DNA from: a virus
Length of the DNA: 64,000 nucleotides
IMG/VR virus record: IMGVR_UViG_3300036715_001865
Coordinates: 64,001 to 128,000 of that record
Strand: one strand, 5' to 3'
Position 1 is the first letter of the stretch, and every line of letters starts with the position of its first letter. Positions 58,584-64,000 of this stretch are shown here, in pieces. The position numbers were made by a program, and so were the translations under genes. Under the pieces are notes generated by a model, which was not told where the DNA came from, did no database searches, and saw only the letters and a list, made by a program, of their open reading frames with translations.

Positions 58584-59121
58584 ATGATAATCAGAGATAG
58601 AATAGAGGAGGAAGGTTCACATAAATTTAAAATTTATGTGGACCTTTGAAAAACTTGATGGAGTAATGGTTGACTTTAGCAAATTTGCTGAAGAAGTGAT
58701 CGGACACCATCCCAAAGATTGGGAGATGGACAGAAACGTAAAAAAATCATTTTGGAAAGGAGTGGACAAGTGGGTTAAGGATGGTAATAAGTTTTTTGAA
58801 CTTATGGATCCAATGCCAGATGCTTTTCATTTGTGGGCATATATTGAAAAATATCACCCTACTATATTATCAGCTACTGGACACACCAGACACGCTGAAA
58901 TAGAGAAAAGAAATTGGGTACACAATCATTTAGGACCATCTGTTCCAGTTATTTTAACTGTTGCTGCTGCAGATAAGGCTAATTACATAACACATGACAA
59001 GTGTATATTGATTGACGACCGTATGAAAGCAATTGCGCCTTGGAGAGACAGAGGCGGAATTGGTATTTTACACACAAGTGCACTAGATACAATTGCACAG
59101 CTTATTGAATTGGGATTATAG
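58584..59121 (+). pseudogene. HAD-superfamily 5'(3')-nucleotidase-like gene interrupted by a 10-bp insertion in the DxD motif
   Basis: ATG 58584 with AAGGA SD reads ..KIYVDL*; deleting 58647-58656 gives KIYVDLDGVMVDF; downstream ILSATG and LIDDR..W..GGIGILH. Confidence 0.75.
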
Positions 59122-59122
59122 C

Positions 59123-59512
59123 ATGGGATATATAGCGTTTGAATTAGATGAACAATCCAGAACTAAAATATTGGACTATTTTGCCCCAGCTCATCCAGAT
59201 GTTATAGGTCACCACATTACACTTGAGTTTGGAGTGCCTGAACCAACTAAGGAAAAGTGGAAGGAACTACACAAAAAATACGCAACAGCTAAGATCACTG
59301 GGGTTGCACAAAATGAAAAGGCAAAAGCATTAACCGTGTCATTTGACGGAAATGAGCGTAGGGATGATGGGAAATATTTTCACATCACACTTTCAATTGA
59401 TAGATCATCGGGAGTTAAACCAGTATATTCCAACCAATTATTGGTGGATGAACCAATATGGAATGTTGGATTAATTGTTTTTGTTACTGGAACTGTTAAA
59501 TTTTTCAAATAA
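59123..59512 (+). CDS. 2H phosphoesterase-fold protein
   Basis: Two H-x-T motifs: GHHITLEFG and YFHITLSI. Confidence 0.65.
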   Translation: MGYIAFELDEQSRTKILDYFAPAHPDVIGHHITLEFGVPEPTKEKWKELHKKYATAKITGVAQNEKAKALTVSFDGNERRDDGKYFHITLSIDRSSGVKPVYSNQLLVDEPIWNVGLIVFVTGTVKFFK

Positions 59513-59537
59513 AAAGGGGGCCTAGGCCCCCTTTTTT
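59511..59537. terminator. Bidirectional intrinsic terminator
   Basis: aaaaagggggcctaggcccccttttt between convergent genes. Confidence 0.85.
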
Positions 59538-60879
59538 AATACTTTCCTTTGGTGTATTTCTGTAGTACTTCATTCAACTCTTGCATGTATATTTCTCGTT
59601 GCCTATCTTTGCTTCCAATGATATTTTCATATTCTAGCTTAAGAGTATTTGCTTCCTCTAATAACCTTAATGTTTTAGTATATTCATCTTTTGTAAATCT
59701 GTACACCGGCAAATCTGCAATATAATCAATATACACCACACCAATTTCTACAAGAAGTTCTTTCAATTCAGACCGAGATTGGGTCTTTTTTGATATCCCT
59801 CCTATGTTATTATCGATAGCAGTAATTATGTCTTTATATTTTTGAATATCTACTTCTAATAGCGATAATAAGCGTAAATATCTGTCTACATAGAATGCCA
59901 ATCTCCATTTTGTAAATCTAGCTAATAAATCTAAAGGCGTTAAATTTAACACCGCTGAATGATTAAAATCTAACACATTAAGATTCTCAATGTGTCGCAC
60001 AGTCAACCCTAATAACAGTAGTAATGATTCATTGGTATGAGTAGCCAAATATCCTTTGTGGAATTTTACAGTAATGTTAACAGTGTCTCGTGAACCATCT
60101 GTATAGTCCACAATATTACCTTTTTCGTATTCACTTTCGAGTTTTGAAATTACTTTTTTGTGAGTTTGTCCATATGGTATCTTGTCAATTAATACTGTGG
60201 TAGCTGTTAATATTTTTACATTCCCACTAAAATAATACGCAATACCTCCATCGGTAATTATAGAATCATGAGCAGTGTTATCTGATGGAGTAAACTCTGG
60301 AAATATTTCATCCAAGTCTTCAACACTCGTCCCTTGTAATATTTTTAATTGAGCTCGGATAATATCTCCCAAGTCTCTAGGTAAAATATTTGTGGCAAAT
60401 CCAACTGCAATACCTTCTGCTGGATTTACCAACGCTAGTGGTACTAGTGGTAGAAAATGTTTTGGTTCTTTTTCTGTACTATCGTAGTTATCCACCATTG
60501 GAACAATTTCAATATCTCGCATTACAACATCTTTAGTGAAAGCAGATAATGTTACAGAGGTATATCTGGATGCACCATAAGCAGTGGCATCCAATAAAGT
60601 TCCAAATGCACCAGTTCCTTTAAATAAAGGTATATTATTACCATACGGTGCAGTAATTGTGTTTATTGAACCATCAGGGGCATCATGTGGATGAATCGGC
60701 AAGGTAGCTCCTGCTAATGTAGCAGATTTCCATTTGTGTCTATCTCTAGCTGTCCATAGCACTCTTCTTGCTCCTGATTTTAATCCATCAGTAATAGATG
60801 GAATTGCTCTCATTTGCATTACAAAGAGTGCATATTCTCTTCGTTGTTGGTTAATATATTCTGAACTTGTCCCTGTCAT
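59536..60879 (-). CDS. gp52: Type II topoisomerase A-type subunit (gp52-like)
   Basis: RAIPSITDGLKSGARR, HPH, GAFG..ASRYT catalytic Tyr, GIAVGFATNILP. Confidence 0.92.
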   Translation of the reverse strand: MTGTSSEYINQQRREYALFVMQMRAIPSITDGLKSGARRVLWTARDRHKWKSATLAGATLPIHPHDAPDGSINTITAPYGNNIPLFKGTGAFGTLLDATAYGASRYTSVTLSAFTKDVVMRDIEIVPMVDNYDSTEKEPKHFLPLVPLALVNPAEGIAVGFATNILPRDLGDIIRAQLKILQGTSVEDLDEIFPEFTPSDNTAHDSIITDGGIAYYFSGNVKILTATTVLIDKIPYGQTHKKVISKLESEYEKGNIVDYTDGSRDTVNITVKFHKGYLATHTNESLLLLLGLTVRHIENLNVLDFNHSAVLNLTPLDLLARFTKWRLAFYVDRYLRLLSLLEVDIQKYKDIITAIDNNIGGISKKTQSRSELKELLVEIGVVYIDYIADLPVYRFTKDEYTKTLRLLEEANTLKLEYENIIGSKDRQREIYMQELNEVLQKYTKGKY

Positions 60880-60889
60880 ATTACACCTA

Positions 60890-61591
60890 TTATAAATTAG
60901 TTTGATTTTTTGGGTTTAGATACGCATGGGCAACATCCACAACATCTTTCATATTTTTTGGTGTATAATTAGTGTGTTCCACACATACATTTATATTCCA
61001 TGGCATTAAAGTGTGTTGATGAATATGACCATGAACATTAACACAACCAGGAGGGACATTGTCCAATGGATAATGTGTCAATAATAATTGATAGTCCACA
61101 TCAACATCTTGAACTGTAATAGTCATACATGAAAATTGTTCATCAAATTTCAAATTGTTTAATTTTCCTTTATTGTCCATATCATGATTGCCAATCACAT
61201 GAATCTTGTGTCCTGGAATTTTTTGCAAGATTTGATTCATACCAGACACGTCACCAAATGTAATATCTCCACACCAAATAACAATATCATTTGCTTGAAC
61301 TGTATTGATATAATTACCTATCAAACACTTGTTCATTAAATCCACTGATGGAAATGGTCGCCCCGAATACTTAATAATATTCTTGTGGTTAATATGAATG
61401 TCACTCCAAATCCAAACCTGTCTTCCGTCTGTTGTTTTTCCGTTGTTATCGATGATAAGGGGTACATCTGTTATTGGTGGTATATTCCAATGTTCTGGGT
61501 TCCTTGCTTTTCGTCTTCCACCGTGTGTTACATCAGGAAGTTCTAAATCCAAAATATAATGAGCCAATAGTGTAGTATTTGTAAATTTCAT
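60890..61591 (-). CDS. Calcineurin-like metallophosphoesterase
   Basis: SDIHINH, GDITFG, GNHD, THYP, HGHIH. Confidence 0.88.
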   Translation of the reverse strand: MKFTNTTLLAHYILDLELPDVTHGGRRKARNPEHWNIPPITDVPLIIDNNGKTTDGRQVWIWSDIHINHKNIIKYSGRPFPSVDLMNKCLIGNYINTVQANDIVIWCGDITFGDVSGMNQILQKIPGHKIHVIGNHDMDNKGKLNNLKFDEQFSCMTITVQDVDVDYQLLLTHYPLDNVPPGCVNVHGHIHQHTLMPWNINVCVEHTNYTPKNMKDVVDVAHAYLNPKNQTNL

Positions 61592-61608
61592 GTTTTAATT
61601 CCTCTATT

Positions 61609-63513
61609 TTATTCTATAATAGTTGTGAGCCACGCTTTTCTTAAATCGGCATTTTTACCAAATAACAATTCCATTACCTCTTTCATTTTGCCATCATCCA
61701 CAAACGGTATGACTGATTTCTCGATGTCTCCTAGTATCATTTCCCAATCTACTTTTGACATACTACCCAAACCTTTCATGTATGTAATTTCCCAACCCTT
61801 GTACTTGGTTTTTACTTTTTCATAATCAGATTGTGTTGTAAAATGTATTCTTTTTCCACCCTTTGAAGCAACAACGTTTGGTGCAACTAATCTATAAAAG
61901 ATAGGAGGGCAGTTTGGGTCAAATAATTCAGGCCAAAATTTAAAAAACAAACAAGCAAGTAGTGTAAAAATATCGTCACCATCTCTATCAGCATCTGTTG
62001 CAGGGATAATATATCCATAGTTTAACTTACTTCTATCAGCAGGTTTTCCTGGTGTAAGACCTATTACTGCTAATAACTCTGTAATTTTGCCCATCTTCAA
62101 TGCTTGAGCTGGTGTACAATCCCACACATTGTTGATCTTCCCTGTCAATGCGAATGCTGCAATTGTGTTTGGGTCTCTTGCTTCTGATATTTGAGATTTT
62201 GCTGACAACCCTTCCGTAATTAACAGTCTACATAGTTTGCGGTCAGTGCTAGTAGCATCCAACAATCCATCAACTTTAATGCGTTTGCGTAGTTGTTTTT
62301 CATGAGCGCCAATAGCTTTTGAATTTTCATTAAGGTGATGTCGGTCATTAGCTCGAGCTAACACCTCTTCTAACCAAACATTGGTTGTTTTTGCAAACGT
62401 TTTCCAACTAGAATCCACAGCACTTGTGAATTCTTTTCTCATATCAGGACCAGTTAATCTAGTCTTTGATTGACTGTCATACTCAGGGTTTTTAACCTTC
62501 AAATTAGCCAACACCAACAACCCTTTTCGAATATCATTTCTGGTAATTTCAGCTTTTAATTTTTTAGCTTCTTTTAATAAATGATTTCCTACTCTATCAA
62601 ATAGAACATTGAAAAATTGTGTGTTACACTTTCCACCATCAAATAACAATGAACTATTGACCCAAGTAAACATTTGCTCATCAATCCCATCATGGCCATT
62701 GCATATAATATAAATATCCCCGTGAACATTTTCATCATTTACACTAAAAGTAAAAGTATCTTTTCCTACTGCAATCCTATCAATATACTCTTGTACACCT
62801 CGTTTATAACGAAACTTTTCTCCATTGTATTCAACACTTATATTTGGATTTGTCATCGCAATTTCAACTGCTCTATTGCGAATTAAATTGTCCGGTAGTG
62901 ATATATCCGAAAACACCAACGGATCTAGTTGAAAGCTTAATTCTGTTCCTGTGGTCTTTGCAACCAACTCAGTAATTTTAGGCCTTGATGCTTTATTTGC
63001 ACCATCAACAAATTTCTGGTAGTATTTTTTATTGTCTCGATGTATGGTAATATCTAATTCAGAGCAACAAAAGTTTGTACAAGCTGCGCCCACTCCATTC
63101 ATACCCTGGACACCTATTTGCTTATCTTCAGTAAAGTTTCTACCCGAACGTAATGAACTAAACACTACTTCTGGAGTAAATTTCCCAGAACTATGCTTAT
63201 CAATAGGTACACCTCGACCATTATCACCAATTGTGTATTTTCCTGTTTCAGGTGATGCTTGAATTTTCAACAACTTAACCTTGGAAGAAATCTGGGCAAA
63301 TTCATCCAAACTATTATCAACGATTTCACCGAATGCCTTATACACCGCTGGTATAAATGTAACATCTTCAATTTGTAATACTGGGCTAGATAACAATGGT
63401 ATAGAAAATGTGGTTGGATTGCCACTACCGAAGTATACAGGGTTGCGTAATCTAACATGCTCTCTATCGGTTAATATTTTTATATCTTCTGATGTATATG
63501 TTTTTTCTTTCAT
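61609..63513 (-). CDS. gp39: Type II topoisomerase B-type subunit (GHKL + Toprim; gp39+gp60 in one ORF)
   Basis: EIVDNSLDE, DNGRGVP, GMNGVGA, ITEGLSA, DADRDG, KGLGS. Confidence 0.94.
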   Translation of the reverse strand: MKEKTYTSEDIKILTDREHVRLRNPVYFGSGNPTTFSIPLLSSPVLQIEDVTFIPAVYKAFGEIVDNSLDEFAQISSKVKLLKIQASPETGKYTIGDNGRGVPIDKHSSGKFTPEVVFSSLRSGRNFTEDKQIGVQGMNGVGAACTNFCCSELDITIHRDNKKYYQKFVDGANKASRPKITELVAKTTGTELSFQLDPLVFSDISLPDNLIRNRAVEIAMTNPNISVEYNGEKFRYKRGVQEYIDRIAVGKDTFTFSVNDENVHGDIYIICNGHDGIDEQMFTWVNSSLLFDGGKCNTQFFNVLFDRVGNHLLKEAKKLKAEITRNDIRKGLLVLANLKVKNPEYDSQSKTRLTGPDMRKEFTSAVDSSWKTFAKTTNVWLEEVLARANDRHHLNENSKAIGAHEKQLRKRIKVDGLLDATSTDRKLCRLLITEGLSAKSQISEARDPNTIAAFALTGKINNVWDCTPAQALKMGKITELLAVIGLTPGKPADRSKLNYGYIIPATDADRDGDDIFTLLACLFFKFWPELFDPNCPPIFYRLVAPNVVASKGGKRIHFTTQSDYEKVKTKYKGWEITYMKGLGSMSKVDWEMILGDIEKSVIPFVDDGKMKEVMELLFGKNADLRKAWLTTIIE

Positions 63514-63527
63514 CTAGTTTTATTCTC

Positions 63528-63764
63528 CTAATTGCGGGAAGTGGCTTGTTGAGCTGCTATTAGCCTCTCAACATCATCCATTGCAAAATTTAAAGCACTT
63601 AATAATTGCAATACTGTTTGCCCAGCAGGCATCTGCCGGAGTATATTAAGTTTATCCAGAATTAAACCTTGTTGAGTACCAAGTTGTGTAACATTCATAG
63701 TATCCCACAAATCTGTTCTTATATTAACTTCCCAATCTTCTTTTTTTATTTGTTCATATTCCAT
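63528..63764 (-). CDS. Hypothetical protein
   Basis: 78-aa ORF with AGGA SD. Confidence 0.5.
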   Translation of the reverse strand: MEYEQIKKEDWEVNIRTDLWDTMNVTQLGTQQGLILDKLNILRQMPAGQTVLQLLSALNFAMDDVERLIAAQQATSRN

Positions 63765-63766
63765 TA

Positions 63767-64000
63767 TTATGTTCCTTTTTCACAATATAAATTTATTACT
63801 ACCTTGGCTAAATTACCCGAAACAGTATTCTGCATAATGGTACGTAATGTGTATAATAATCCATGCTTTCGAATAGAATCATTAACATCTTTGCAATCGT
63901 CACTTTTATCTAATGTACTTATACTCCACCCCAAGTCAATTGCTTGTTCAGCTAAAATATGCCCTGACCCATACCTATCCGGTATTACTACTTTAGGTCT
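63767..64000 (-). CDS. C-terminal part of a probable DNA primase (Toprim), truncated by the window edge
   Basis: Manual translation RPKVVIPDRYGSG..LGW..DCKDVNDSIRKHG..*. Confidence 0.65.
   Translation of the reverse strand, partial: RPKVVIPDRYGSGHILAEQAIDLGWSISTLDKSDDCKDVNDSIRKHGLLYTLRTIMQNTVSGNLAKVVINLYCEKGT

Noticed and set aside
58644-58650. prfB-like programmed +1 frameshift as the normal expression mode of the HAD gene
   Set aside because: No properly spaced internal SD, and the shifted product would have EKL inserted into the DxD motif. Kept only as an alternative.
1-64000. Stop-codon reassignment, as seen in some jumbo phages
   Set aside because: Conserved genes translate full length in the standard code with high coding density, and TAA, TAG and TGA all end genes at the expected positions.
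1-64000. tRNA, rRNA or integrase/att features
   Set aside because: No cloverleaf-sized intergenic structures with T-loop and anticodon arms, and no recombinase motifs were seen by eye.

Overview
AT-rich fragment of a T4-related jumbo myophage genome, read in the standard code. No tRNA, rRNA, CRISPR array or integrase was seen. From left to right it contains: a tail-fibre-like gene; gp46 (Rad50-like, carrying an Ala1/WCT class-3 LAGLIDADG intein), gp47 and the gp55 late sigma factor; a + strand baseplate/tail block (tube-initiator-like, gp53-like, hub with two muralytic domains, gp5-like spike, gp25, gp6, a 3783-aa protein, a Calx-beta/LamG/CBM adhesin-like protein, a collar-like protein); a PAAR-peptidase fusion; a - strand replication block (RNase H, clamp, PolB, DsbA, RlpA, 2OG-Fe(II)-like protein, retropepsin, gp41 helicase); dCMP deaminase and nrdA/nrdB; several homing-endonuclease-like genes; a HAD nucleotidase broken by a 10-bp insertion; a 2H phosphoesterase; topoisomerase II A and B; and a primase C-terminus. 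The top signal is a fractured nrdB. Its intein is split into two separately translated halves by a free-standing GIY-YIG endonuclease gene, between two di-iron ligands, so active NrdB should require protein trans-splicing. The second signal is a recurring layout in which gp55-type TATAAATA late promoters sit inside hairpins that would sequester the downstream ribosome-binding site on read-through mRNA. All family assignments come from motifs recognised by eye; no database search was run.
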